From Polyangiales bacterium (GTDB lineage Bacteria > Myxococcota_A > Polyangia > Polyangiales > Polyangiaceae), in NCBI GenBank assembly GCA_038230375.1, contig JBBRNJ010000043.1:1-64000 (forward strand): a stretch of 64,000 nt of DNA. Direction: 5' to 3'. Below the pieces are notes generated by a model, which did no database searches, was not told the origin of the DNA, and saw only the letters and a list, made by a program, of their open reading frames with translations. Shown here one piece after another: positions 1-9,817 of this stretch. Every line of letters starts with the position of its first letter. Within the stretch, counting starts at the first letter, position 1. The translations under genes and the position numbers were made by a program.

Positions 1-1091
1 AGCTCGCCGCGCGCGACCTCCACGCCGGACACGCGGAGTGTCACGGCCTCACCCAGGCGCTTGCGCAGGGAGATGACGTCCCCCTTGCCAAGGCTCGCCC
101 ACTCGCGCGCAGGCATCTCCGCAGCGCCGATCTCCACACGCACCACGACGGGCGCGTCCGCGAGCGCGACGTCGGTCTTCCCAGTATCTTCCTTCATTGC
201 AGCCACCTCCGACCACGAAGCGCTGGTGAGCGCTCCGTCGAACACCAACGACTCCGGCCCCGACACGTGTGCCAGTAGCCCGACCTCACCACGCGGCGCG
301 ACCAACTCCACGCGTCCATGCGGTCGGAGCTCGGCGCCGCCCGCCAGCGCAGGCCCGCCTTCACCGAGCGCCCCGAGCATGAATGCGTCGCCAGCGCAAA
401 GCTCCGCGATGTCGCGCGCGCGCGCCACCACGGTCCACCAGACAATGCGAAGGGGGAGCGGCGTCGCCCCCAGCGATGCGAGGACGTGCTTACCCCACGG
501 CGGCTCCGGCGACATCTCCGCGAGCGGGCGCGCCAGTGACACGCGCGCCTCGAACGCCTCGTGCTCGTGCACCACCGCGAACGACAGCGTGTAGACCTCG
601 CCACCCGCCGCGCGCAAGAGATCGCCGAAGAGGCCCGCGCCTGGTCCAGCGGCGGTGACGCGCAGCCTGCGCTCCGCATACGCGCGCCTGCCCAGCGAGT
701 GCGCCAGCGCGGCAACGGCTCCCACGAGCTCCGGCGGCGGTGCGCGGCTCGTGTCGAACACCTTGGCGGGTGGCCTCTTGAGCGCGCGCCTGGCGAGCGA
801 CGCCGCGAGGGCACCCTCGAGCTCGAGCAGCATGGACCCAGCGAGCGTGGCATCGTCCGTGGTGGCGATCGCGATGCCGATGAAATCGTCCGCACCCCGC
901 GGGCGCGAGGTCTTCCGCACACGACGGAGCAGGAGCTCCACGTCGCCCAGGCCCAGCTCCGCCGCGGCACCGCGGAGCCGCTGGAGGTCGAGCGCGCGCG
1001 CGACCCAGGCGCGGATGGCTCTCTCCGCGCGGGCCTCGCTGGCCGTCACGCTGTCGAGCTGCGCGAAGGGGAAGGCAGAGACGGTCGTCAT
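1..1091 (-). CDS. FliM/FliN-family (SpoA domain) protein, probable type III secretion C-ring component SctQ; 3' end runs off the window
   Basis: Not in the ORF track because it is open at the window edge. Manual translation from ATG 1091 (MTTVSAFPFAQ...) ends in ...APVVVRVEIGAAEMPAREWASLGKGDVISLRKRLGEAVTLRVSGVEVARGE, the FliN/SctQ C-terminal pattern. Over 360 aa fits SctQ better than FliN. ATGA overlap with the upstream gene. Confidence 0.75.
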   Translation of the reverse strand, partial: MTTVSAFPFAQLDSVTASEARAERAIRAWVARALDLQRLRGAAAELGLGDVELLLRRVRKTSRPRGADDFIGIAIATTDDATLAGSMLLELEGALAASLARRALKRPPAKVFDTSRAPPPELVGAVAALAHSLGRRAYAERRLRVTAAGPGAGLFGDLLRAAGGEVYTLSFAVVHEHEAFEARVSLARPLAEMSPEPPWGKHVLASLGATPLPLRIVWWTVVARARDIAELCAGDAFMLGALGEGGPALAGGAELRPHGRVELVAPRGEVGLLAHVSGPESLVFDGALTSASWSEVAAMKEDTGKTDVALADAPVVVRVEIGAAEMPAREWASLGKGDVISLRKRLGEAVTLRVSGVEVARGE

Positions 1092-2587
1092 GTTGTGCCG
1101 TCGATGTATGCGCGGTAGGTGGGCCACGTCGCATCCGCGACGGCGCGGCCCAATTTCAGGCCCTCCACGTTGTCGGCAGCGATGTGGTAGCCGCCGTACA
1201 CGCGCGACATGCCCGCCATCTCCGCCGTGCTCGCGAACGTGGCAAGCGTGAGGGTCACGTTGGGGCCGAGCTCGTCGGTGAGGGCGCCACATGCCCGCGT
1301 CTCGGTGACACCGAAGCGCTCCGCACCAGTGAAGAGCGCGAGCGCGCGCGACGATGCGCCGCTGACACAGCTATGTCCGGAGACGAATCCCGGGAACGGC
1401 GGCGTGATGAAGGTGAGGGGAGAGAAGGGCCGCCAGCTCTCGCCGAGCATCGACACTGCGCCCTTGTTCGGGCCGCCCCACGCGCGCACGGTCTTGCCCT
1501 TCCAGTAGTGATGAATCAACGTCCACGGGCGCGAGCTGTCGTACACGAGCTTTGCGTCCCACGCGGCGATGAAAGCGTCCATCGCGACGTTCGCGACGGT
1601 GAAATACATCTTCACGTCGGTGTCGAGATCGTTTCCGTCGCGGCGGGACACCCTCTGTGCGAAGCGGAGCCAGTGGCCTGACTGACCGGTGGAGCGCGGG
1701 CCGTCGCGCATGAACTCGACCAGTGCCTTCTGCTCGCACGTGAGCTCTGCGTTGACGCGTAGACACTCCTCCGCCTGCTCGTAGAGCTCCTTCGAACCGA
1801 CCTTGGGCGGTGGACCGGGCCGGAACTGATCGCCACGCGCGAGCGCGAACGGCCGCACCTTCGCCCAGTGCGGCGTGAGATATCCTGGCGTGACCTTGCC
1901 GCCCTTGCCGTCGTCGAAGGCGATCGGCTGCCAGCGATCGGGGTCGATGATCCGGTCGGGCGGGTTCATCGGTTTGTAGCCCGTCGTGTCGGCGTAGGCC
2001 TGTCCGTTGCCGCCTTCCGTGTTGCCTTCCTGGTTCGACCCGTCGCCGCGACGCGAGGCGATGAGCTCGCGCGCGACCAGGGTGCCGATCCCCTCGGGCG
2101 TCGTCGGATCCACCGAGGCCTTCGCCGGATCGTACCCGAGCTTCTTGAGCTCCCCGGCGACGAACGCGACGTCGGTCGGGTACACGTACGAGAGCGCCTC
2201 GAACATCGCGTAGCTGATCGCCGCGCGCTTTCGGCTGTCCGTGCGCTCCTCGCGTGGGCGTCGCAGCTTCGCGCCCATGCGCGTGCCCACGGCCTTGTCG
2301 TCGTAGGCGGCCCATGCGTCGAACATGGCGGTGAGCGGGATCGCGAGCGTGCGGGAGAGCACCGTGGGACGCGGGCTGCTCTTGTCCACGTCGCGCGCGG
2401 TCGCCTCGAGCGCGATGTCGAGCCAGGTACTCGCGAAGGAAGGCGGCCGCGCGCTTGCTGTCGCGAAAGCGCTGCTCGCGAGTGGATGCGGAGCGTGCGC
2501 GTCTTCCGTGCGCGTACCGCCACAACCCGACAGGACGACGGACGCTCCCAATCCCGACAGCAGATCTCTGCGCGAAAGCCGGCTCAT
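1088..2587 (-). CDS. Vanadium-dependent haloperoxidase / PAP2-superfamily enzyme, Tat-exported lipoprotein
   Basis: SRRDLL twin-arginine motif and LSGC lipobox. Vanadate/phosphate-binding motifs WDAK..YDSSRP, PPFPGFVSGHS and SRVYGGYH. Confidence 0.85.
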   Translation of the reverse strand: MSRLSRRDLLSGLGASVVLSGCGGTRTEDAHAPHPLASSAFATASARPPSFASTWLDIALEATARDVDKSSPRPTVLSRTLAIPLTAMFDAWAAYDDKAVGTRMGAKLRRPREERTDSRKRAAISYAMFEALSYVYPTDVAFVAGELKKLGYDPAKASVDPTTPEGIGTLVARELIASRRGDGSNQEGNTEGGNGQAYADTTGYKPMNPPDRIIDPDRWQPIAFDDGKGGKVTPGYLTPHWAKVRPFALARGDQFRPGPPPKVGSKELYEQAEECLRVNAELTCEQKALVEFMRDGPRSTGQSGHWLRFAQRVSRRDGNDLDTDVKMYFTVANVAMDAFIAAWDAKLVYDSSRPWTLIHHYWKGKTVRAWGGPNKGAVSMLGESWRPFSPLTFITPPFPGFVSGHSCVSGASSRALALFTGAERFGVTETRACGALTDELGPNVTLTLATFASTAEMAGMSRVYGGYHIAADNVEGLKLGRAVADATWPTYRAYIDGTT

Positions 2588-2766
2588 CGACCAGGTCGCA
2601 GCCTACCCCCAACGCGGCCGTGATGCGAAGGTCGTCCTTCAGCTACCTGCAGGTCGCGTCCACGGGCTCCAGGGCGGGCTCGCGTTCGCACGCGTGTAAT
2701 CTGCACGGAACCAGGATCGCGGTGCAGCTCCGCGGCGGCAACGTTGACGCCGTATCGTGGCGCCGC

Positions 2767-3944
2767 TCAGTTACGCGGCAGCCACACGTGCCCGTGGACG
2801 GCGTCGAACACGACCGCACCTGCGCTTGCGTAGAACGAATCGCCCACCTGCGCGGCGGGCACCGTCCATGTGCCGATGCCTCCGCAGACCTTCGCCGCGG
2901 CGGGTGTGTGCTTCACGAAGAGCACAACGCCAGTTTCCGCGCGCGCCGGCTTGCCATCGTCCGCGATGAACTCCGTGCTCCCGTTCACCTTGTATGCGGC
3001 CACGTTCTCGTTGACGCCAACGCACGTGGAGAGCGAGAGGTCGAGCGTCGGCGCACGGGTGATGGCGCTCGCGTTGGCGGCCTGGATCGCCGCAAGGTAT
3101 GCCTCGTTGATGTTGATGGAGAACGGCACCACGGCGTCGTCGAAGCCGGTATCCAGCTGCGCAACGGCCTCCACGCCGCCGACGTGCAGCTTGACGGTGG
3201 GCACGTTCGGGACGGTCCTGCCCATCATGGCGGCCGAGTCGACCATGCTCAGTGGCTTCAGCGTGGCGAGGTCGCTGGAGTAGAACCCGGCGGTGCTGAG
3301 CGGCGCATAGCCCGCGGCCGTGAGCTCCACGTCCGAGCAGAACGCGATGTTGCTGCCCAGAAAGATCCGGCTGCCCTGGTAGTCGAGGGTGAATGGGTGC
3401 ACGGAGAGGAAGTCCGTGCCCACAATGCCGCCCTGGCGCACGGTGCCTTTGAAGCCGGCGTAGTTCTCGACGGTGAACGTCACCTGTCCCCAGCTCCCGA
3501 AGAAGTCGAAGTCCGCGAACGAGCACGCCTGGCCCACGCCTCATCGCAGCTGCTCGGGGGCGGTGTCTTGAAGGCGCCCAGATCGATGGTGGACGACGTG
3601 GACCCGAAGTCCACGAGGAACGCGGCAGGCTGCGCGTTCGGTGACGCGCCGACCGTGACCTGTGCGTAGATCGAGTTGGAAGAACGATCGGCTGCGGCGC
3701 CCGTTCCGATGCACGCGGGGATCACGACGGGGCTCGCGTCCTTCTTCGTGCCGCCGTCGGTCAGCGCGCCTGCGTCGCTCGTCGATGCGTCGGACGCGGG
3801 CGTAGCGTCATCGATCGGCGCCGCGTCGCTGGCGTTCACGGGGGTGATCGTGGTGGGCGATGACGATGAGCACCCGTAGAACCCGGCCGCCAGAAACGAG
3901 ATGGTGGACACAGCCGCGACGGTGGACCTGAACAGCTTCCGCAT
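2767..3944 (-). pseudogene. Lipoprotein with two retropepsin-like aspartyl protease motifs, frameshifted near 3535-3540 (true pseudogene or sequence error)
   Basis: 5' ORF (MRKLFRS..., lipobox FYGC, FLVDFGSTSSTID) and 3' ORF 2767-3537 (GIVGTDFL, AQLDTGFDD) lie in different frames. One inserted base at ...TGC GAT GAG GCG TGG GCC AG... would join them. Confidence 0.65.
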
Positions 3945-3985
3945 GGAACGGCGAGCTTGTAGCGTGCGGGCCGCACACACGCCAC

Positions 3986-5608
3986 TCAGACCTTGAGCTC
4001 GACCCGCTCCGCGAGCGACAGACCGTGGGATTTCGCCAGTGTCAGCGCCAGGAGCGCGACGCCCTCGCGTTCCTCGTAGAACTCCGCAAGGTTCTCCGCC
4101 TTCACGTAGCCGGAGACCTCGACCTCCAGCACGCCCATGGCGAGCTTCTGACCGAAGACCAGCCGGTCCTCCTCCGAGATGGCGGGGCGTTCAGCGACCT
4201 TCACGCGCAGCTCGGCCAGGAACGTCTCGATGGTCTTCGGATCGTTCGATGCGCGGAGGTCCACCTTCAGCTGGAGACGGAAGCGGTCGCGCGTGCCGAA
4301 CGACTCCACCTTCATGTCCGCGAGCTTTCCGTTCGGGATCACCACCACGGTCCGATCGAACGTGCGGATGCGCGTGGAGCGGAGGCCGATCGACTCGACG
4401 ACGCCCTCGGTGCCATCGACGCGCACCAGCTCGCCAATGCGGAACGGCTGGTCCGCGAGGATCGCGACGGAGCCGAACAGGTTCTCCAGCGTCTTCTGCG
4501 CGGCCAGCGCCACAGCGATTCCGCCGATGCCGAGCCCCGCGACGAGCGAGCTCACCGGATAGCCGAACTCCGAGATCGCCCAGAGCGCACCGATCAAGAT
4601 GAGGGCCGCGCGTGCGGCGCGCTGACCAAGGCCGTAGAGCGCCGTGCGACCAGGCGTCTCACCGGCACGGTCGCGCATCACCCCCGCGAAGGTTCGCGAT
4701 GCGACGACCGTGAGCCACGCCGCGCCGATCACCACGCCCGCGGCCAGCGCGCGCGTCACCAGGTCGTACGCCGTGATGTAGAAGCCAGCCCACGGAAGCG
4801 TGGCGCGCATGAGCGCCACCGAGAACAGCATCGCCAGCGCGCCCCTTGCGTCCACGATGGTCGCCCGCGTGCGTGGCTTGCGCGCGATCCGGGAAAACAG
4901 GCCCACGAAGAGGCGCGAGAGCACGCGGCCCAGGATCGTCGCGAGGCCAAGGAGGAGCGGGCCGGCGAGCAGCTGCCAGTAGAGGAACCCGCGCGGTCCC
5001 TCACGCAGCAGCACGGGCGGCATCACGCGGCGGATCCAGCGATCGCCCAGCGAGTCGTACCAGTCGTCGACGCGCGCCACGGTCACCTGCGAGAAGATCC
5101 AGCGCGCCTCCTCTCCTTCACGTGCGTCGCGGCGGATGATGCGGACGGGGGCCTTCACGCCGGCGGACGTGGGGATGCGGCCGACCTCGTCGGTGCCGGC
5201 AGGCAGTCCGTCGTCCTTGCGGCCGGCTGCCAGCGGGGACAGATCGTCCGCGTCGGGCCGGAGCTTGCGGTTCAGCACTGCGCACAGCTCCTCGGTCAGG
5301 TCGCGCGATCGCTTCGTGTCCGCCTTCGAGAGCTCCAGGTACGTGGATGCCGACTCCCACTGCCCGGCGCTGCACTGCTCCAGGAAGTGCTGCATGCTTG
5401 CGCGCGGTGAGTCGGGCGCCACGTCCGGCGCGATGTCGTCCTCGTCGTGGACCTGGGTGGCAAGCACGGCCGAGAGCTGCTGCGCGCTGGGCGCGTGGGG
5501 ATCCGCAGCCCGCGCAACACCTGAATGGCCGAACAGCACGGCGCCGGCCACGATCAGCGCCGCGAGCACCGAAAATGACGAGATCCGCTGAAACGCAAGG
5601 GGCGCCAC
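3986..5608 (-). CDS. Small-conductance mechanosensitive channel (MscS family) with N-terminal periplasmic domain
   Basis: GLGIGGIAVALAAQKTLENLFG, DQPFRIGE, GVVESIGLRSTRIRT, IPNG. Start re-picked at GTG 5608; the ORF-track extension is antisense to the next gene. Confidence 0.9.
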   Translation of the reverse strand: MAPLAFQRISSFSVLAALIVAGAVLFGHSGVARAADPHAPSAQQLSAVLATQVHDEDDIAPDVAPDSPRASMQHFLEQCSAGQWESASTYLELSKADTKRSRDLTEELCAVLNRKLRPDADDLSPLAAGRKDDGLPAGTDEVGRIPTSAGVKAPVRIIRRDAREGEEARWIFSQVTVARVDDWYDSLGDRWIRRVMPPVLLREGPRGFLYWQLLAGPLLLGLATILGRVLSRLFVGLFSRIARKPRTRATIVDARGALAMLFSVALMRATLPWAGFYITAYDLVTRALAAGVVIGAAWLTVVASRTFAGVMRDRAGETPGRTALYGLGQRAARAALILIGALWAISEFGYPVSSLVAGLGIGGIAVALAAQKTLENLFGSVAILADQPFRIGELVRVDGTEGVVESIGLRSTRIRTFDRTVVVIPNGKLADMKVESFGTRDRFRLQLKVDLRASNDPKTIETFLAELRVKVAERPAISEEDRLVFGQKLAMGVLEVEVSGYVKAENLAEFYEEREGVALLALTLAKSHGLSLAERVELKV

Positions 5609-5662
5609 GTGGGGGACAATACCTAGACCGGCGGGCGTTGTCGCAGTATCTTGGGACCTCCG

Positions 5663-6334
5663 ATGACGCCGCGCAAAGCCGTTCGATCCATCTCCGGTGT
5701 TCTGTTCGTCGCCACGGCGCTCTGCACCACGTGGGTGTTCGCTGCCGGTGGGGCCGGTGGTGATGCGAAGCCCAAGGCCAAAGGCGCCAGCTCCGCTGCT
5801 CCCGCGTCCACCGAGCCGAAGCGCGATCCCGACAACATCGCCGGCCTCAGCATGTTCATGGAAGGCACGCTGAAGGGCAACGCGCAGTACCTCGCGAAGG
5901 ACTACCAGGGCGCGATCGACACCTACCGCCAGGCGATGACCATGGCGCCGAAGAACCCGCTCGGCCCCTACCTGCTCGGTGAAGCGCAGCTCGCGACCAA
6001 CAACCTGGCCGAGGCCGAGGCCGCCTTCGCGCAGGCGGAGAGCCTGTCCGACAACCGCAACTCCCAGCTTCGCTCGCACATTCTCTTCTGCATCGCGTCC
6101 ACGAAGGAGCTGCGGAAGAAGTTCGACGACGCGAAGATCGCCTGGCAGGCCTACAACGAGCACGCCTCGAAGTTCTCCGACGCTGGCGGCTTCCCGACAT
6201 CCGCCACGGCGCGCGTCCAGGTCATCGACGACATCGTGAAGCTGAACAAGGCCTACGAGGTCGTGCGTCAGCGTATCGCCGCCGAGAAGGTGGACGGCGG
6301 AACCTCGCCGACCGCCGCGCCCGCAGCGAAGTAG
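5663..6334 (+). CDS. Secreted tetratricopeptide-repeat protein
   Basis: Signal peptide followed by TPR-like helices (GNAQYLAKDYQGAIDTYRQAMTMAPKNP). Confidence 0.75.
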   Translation: MTPRKAVRSISGVLFVATALCTTWVFAAGGAGGDAKPKAKGASSAAPASTEPKRDPDNIAGLSMFMEGTLKGNAQYLAKDYQGAIDTYRQAMTMAPKNPLGPYLLGEAQLATNNLAEAEAAFAQAESLSDNRNSQLRSHILFCIASTKELRKKFDDAKIAWQAYNEHASKFSDAGGFPTSATARVQVIDDIVKLNKAYEVVRQRIAAEKVDGGTSPTAAPAAK

Positions 6335-6335
6335 C

Positions 6336-7754
6336 TCACACGCGCCAGATCACGAACGCGCCGATCAACGCGAAGCCCAGGAGCGCAATGAGGACCGCGA
6401 CGGCCATGCGCGGCACGCCGCTCGAGCGCCTCTCATCCGCGTCGATCCCGCGCTTCTCGTCTTCGTCGAGCACCTCGCTCATGTGCGCTGCCAGGTCCGC
6501 GCGCGCGTCCTTCGAAGCGGACAGCAGCAGCACGACCTCCAGGAGCGCAGCGACGGTGAGCGAGAGGATCCCCAGGAACAGGCCGCGGTGCTTCTTCTGC
6601 CGGTCGCCCTGGCGACGCACGTAGAGGCCATCGAGCACGGGCGTGCGCTTGATCGGCCCGGCGGCGGGCGTCAGCGCATCCAGGAGCGAGCACACGTCGG
6701 GCGGCGTCTTTCGCACGAGGAATGGTCGCGCCACCGCGCTGGAGTCGAGCGCATCGATCGCCTTCGGATCGCCGGAGGCGGTGAAGAAGTAGAGCCCCTC
6801 CGGCAGCGCGGGTACGTCGACCGTTGCCGACTCCGCGCCGCTTGTCGTCACGTGCAGCGGCTTGTAGTCGGAGAACGCGCGGCCCTTCGCGTCGTCGATC
6901 GCGACGTACACGCCGGCGCGCGCGTTGCTCGCTCTCACATCCACGTGGAAGGGAACGCCTGCTGGTTCGCTCGCGGGGAGCTGCACGCGCGGTGCGCCCA
7001 TGGCCACGGGCACGGCGCCGAACCACTCGCCCTTCTTCTTGTCGGCTCCGTCGCCGTCCGTGACAACGATGCCGATACCCGTGATGGGGAACGTGGCCAC
7101 GAGCGACAGCTCCGCCACGCCCTCCTTGGGGCATATGCGCACGAGCGAGCCGTCCATGCCGCCCTCCGGCGAGAGCTCCACCTTCGGGTTCGCGGGCGAG
7201 GCACCGTTGTGGCGCATGCGCAAGAACGCGCGCGTGTTCGCCTCCGCGGCGACACGGCCATCCGGCAGCGACAGGTCCACGACGATGTCGCCAACCTGCT
7301 TCGTGGGCCGCAGCGCGCGGTATCCGAGCGTCTCCACGCTCTTCTCGGGCGCGAGGACACTGGCCTTGATTCGCCCTTCCACCAGCGGATACGGCTCCGC
7401 GCTGCGATTGACCCGCACGAGGACGTCCTCGTCATCACGGATGTCGGCCGGTAGCTCCACCGGGACGTCCACGATGCCGTCCGTGTTCGTCTTCGTCGCG
7501 GTGGTCTGCTCGGCGTCGCGCACGCGCACGGTCACCATGAGCTCCGTGAGCTCCACCGTCTCCTTCACACCGGTCTCGTCGTAGTACGCCGTGAGGCGCA
7601 GGTAGCCGCGCGACACGGAGGGGCTGCGCGGCGTGGCAGTGACCGACACCGCGTGCACGCCCGCCTCCGCGCCGATGCGCAGACCGAGCGCGAGCGTCAT
7701 GAGCGACGCAAGCGGCGCCGTCACCATGATCACCGTGCGCAACGTCTTCTTCAC
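6336..7754 (-). CDS. Hypothetical membrane protein (N-terminal anchor, beta-rich periplasmic region, two C-terminal TM helices)
   Basis: 472-aa ORF with hydrophobic N-terminus and two C-terminal hydrophobic segments; GTGA overlap with the upstream hydrolase. Confidence 0.7.
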   Translation of the reverse strand: MKKTLRTVIMVTAPLASLMTLALGLRIGAEAGVHAVSVTATPRSPSVSRGYLRLTAYYDETGVKETVELTELMVTVRVRDAEQTTATKTNTDGIVDVPVELPADIRDDEDVLVRVNRSAEPYPLVEGRIKASVLAPEKSVETLGYRALRPTKQVGDIVVDLSLPDGRVAAEANTRAFLRMRHNGASPANPKVELSPEGGMDGSLVRICPKEGVAELSLVATFPITGIGIVVTDGDGADKKKGEWFGAVPVAMGAPRVQLPASEPAGVPFHVDVRASNARAGVYVAIDDAKGRAFSDYKPLHVTTSGAESATVDVPALPEGLYFFTASGDPKAIDALDSSAVARPFLVRKTPPDVCSLLDALTPAAGPIKRTPVLDGLYVRRQGDRQKKHRGLFLGILSLTVAALLEVVLLLSASKDARADLAAHMSEVLDEDEKRGIDADERRSSGVPRMAVAVLIALLGFALIGAFVIWRV

Positions 7755-9097
7755 GGCGCGTGCTCCACTGGCACCGTTCTCACGCCCTTCGCGAACGTCA
7801 CGCGCGCGTCTGGTGCTGCGCCGAGCGCTCCGCTCCGCAGCGTGATCTTCGTGACGTTGGTGAGCGCGTTCACGCGGATGCTGCCGTCCTCGATCTTCTC
7901 GATGTCGACGAACACGTCACCCGGCGCGGCGCCGCGCGCCAGCGTCACCCCGTACGCGCCGAGGTCGGCCGGGCGCACGCCACGGAACGTCACGTGGGCG
8001 GGGGCAGCCGGGATCTGGGCTGTCTGGGCCTCGCGGACGATGTCCTTGATGTGGAGCATGATCATGGGCGCCTCGTGGCCCATGCCCGCGTGGCGTACGA
8101 AGCGTACGTCGTAGTGGAGCGCGCGCAGGCCGGCGTCCAGATCGATGCTCTCCTTGATGGGGCTCGTGTGGTCATCCTCCCCGTGGATGAGGAGCACCTT
8201 CTGGTGGCGCGCATTCACAGCCGCGTCGAGCGGGTTCACTGCGTGCGCGGCCTCCTCCGTTGGCAGGAGGTTCCTCACGTAGGTCGACAGATCGAAGCGG
8301 GCGTCACCGAAGAACGATGTGACATTCGCGAACCGGTCCGGCACGTGGAAGCCGATCGTCGTGGCGCCCTGGCCGCCCATGGAGGCTCCCCAGATCGACG
8401 TGCGCGCCGGATCGATCGCGACCACCTGCGTGAGCTCCGACATGGCGCGAAACACCTCTGCCTCGGAGGGCGCCTGGTAGAGCGTGTTGCCCAGCCCGTT
8501 CGGCATGAGGAGCACGACCCCTCGCGCGTCCGCCTCCTGCAGGAGCTCCGTGTAGTCCGCATAGGTCCATTCGTCGCCATTCCACGGATGAACCCCGACG
8601 AGCAGCGGCGCGGGTTTGTCCTTCGTCACCCCGCGCGGAACGAAGACCACCGCGTGACCACCACCGAGCCGCGCCGACGGGCTCGCGAAGCTGACCCACG
8701 AGAGACCCGCCGTTGTCTGCGTGCGCGTGCCGGCGCGCGGTGGGTACGAGCAGCGCAGCGCCTTCTCGTAGCTGCTGACCTTCACGTCGAACGAGACGTC
8801 GTGCGCGGCCTTCGCTTCGACATCGGTGACGATCGCTGCGCGCTGCGCGACCTCGGTGCCTGGGTTCTGGACGCGCGCACCGTCGATGCGCACCTCCTGC
8901 CGGCCCGCGCACGGCGGGATCTCGATGGCCGCCGCGCCTGCATCCACGCGAAACGAGACCGTATAGATGCCGGGGCTTCGTGGCTCGGACGAGAGCGCGC
9001 TGAAGGACTCCCGCATGGCGCCGCCGCCCACGTGCCGCACCTCCACCACGTCGGCGGGCGTTCCCGTGACGGCGGCGTGCGTGAGATCGATCGGCAT
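7751..9097 (-). CDS. Alpha/beta hydrolase (S9 peptidase/esterase-like)
   Basis: Nucleophile elbow WGASMGG, IHGEDD (Asp) and GMGHE (His). Confidence 0.8.
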   Translation of the reverse strand: MPIDLTHAAVTGTPADVVEVRHVGGGAMRESFSALSSEPRSPGIYTVSFRVDAGAAAIEIPPCAGRQEVRIDGARVQNPGTEVAQRAAIVTDVEAKAAHDVSFDVKVSSYEKALRCSYPPRAGTRTQTTAGLSWVSFASPSARLGGGHAVVFVPRGVTKDKPAPLLVGVHPWNGDEWTYADYTELLQEADARGVVLLMPNGLGNTLYQAPSEAEVFRAMSELTQVVAIDPARTSIWGASMGGQGATTIGFHVPDRFANVTSFFGDARFDLSTYVRNLLPTEEAAHAVNPLDAAVNARHQKVLLIHGEDDHTSPIKESIDLDAGLRALHYDVRFVRHAGMGHEAPMIMLHIKDIVREAQTAQIPAAPAHVTFRGVRPADLGAYGVTLARGAAPGDVFVDIEKIEDGSIRVNALTNVTKITLRSGALGAAPDARVTFAKGVRTVPVEHAP

Positions 9098-9149
9098 CGA
9101 GCGAGGATACTTGTCAATCGGGCCGGATGGGGCCTAAGTTCCGGCCGAA

Positions 9150-9800
9150 ATGAGCGCCACCGGAAGCACTACCTCCCACGTAGACACGGGCTTCGTGCGC
9201 GCGCGCCTCGGCTCGTTTCTGGCGTTCATGCCGCTGTCCGTGTGGACCATCCTCCACCTCTGGCACAACCTCGCGGCGTTCCAGGGCGCGTCCGCGTGGC
9301 AGACTGAGGTGACGGAGTACACGCATCCGCTCGCGCAGTTCGCGACGCTCGTTGTGGTGCTGCTCCCGCTCGTGCTTCACATTGTGTGGGGGCTCGTGCG
9401 GCTGAAGAGCGCCCGTCCGAACAACGTTCGCTACGGGTTCTTCGGCAACCTGAAGTATGCGGTGCAGCGCCTCTCCGCACTGGGCGTGCTCGCGTTCCTC
9501 GGTGCACACGTGTGGCTCGCGATGTTGCAGCCGCGCTTCGTGCTGCACCACGCGGAGTACTTCGGCGACATCGCGCACGAGATGCACCACCACGGCCCGA
9601 CGCTCGCGGTCTATCTGCTCGGCACGCTCGGCGTCACGTATCACCTCGCAAACGGGCTCTCGACCTTCGCGATGGGCTGGGGCGTGGTCGCCAGCCGTCA
9701 CGCGCTGAAGAAGGTGGAGATCGCGAGCCTCGGTCTGTTCGCCGTGCTGCTTGCCATGGCGTGGGCGGCGATCTACGCGCTCTACACCGCAGGCGCCTGA
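9150..9800 (+). CDS. Succinate dehydrogenase cytochrome b558 (SdhC)-like membrane protein, stand-alone
   Basis: Five hydrophobic segments with His at heme-ligand-like positions (ILHLWHN, VLHIVWG, GAHVW, TYHLANGL); QRLSA and NGLSTFAMGWG patterns. Confidence 0.7.
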   Translation: MSATGSTTSHVDTGFVRARLGSFLAFMPLSVWTILHLWHNLAAFQGASAWQTEVTEYTHPLAQFATLVVVLLPLVLHIVWGLVRLKSARPNNVRYGFFGNLKYAVQRLSALGVLAFLGAHVWLAMLQPRFVLHHAEYFGDIAHEMHHHGPTLAVYLLGTLGVTYHLANGLSTFAMGWGVVASRHALKKVEIASLGLFAVLLAMAWAAIYALYTAGA

Positions 9801-9817
9801 GGTCGAGGTCGAACGGC

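Noticed and set aside
1..1091. Flagellar motor switch gene (fliN/fliM)
   Set aside because: No flagellar genes in the window, and length and lineage favour a T3SS SctQ-like protein. No symbol assigned.
2588..2766. Riboswitch or small ORF upstream of the haloperoxidase
   Set aside because: No recognisable aptamer, terminator or RBS-supported ORF.
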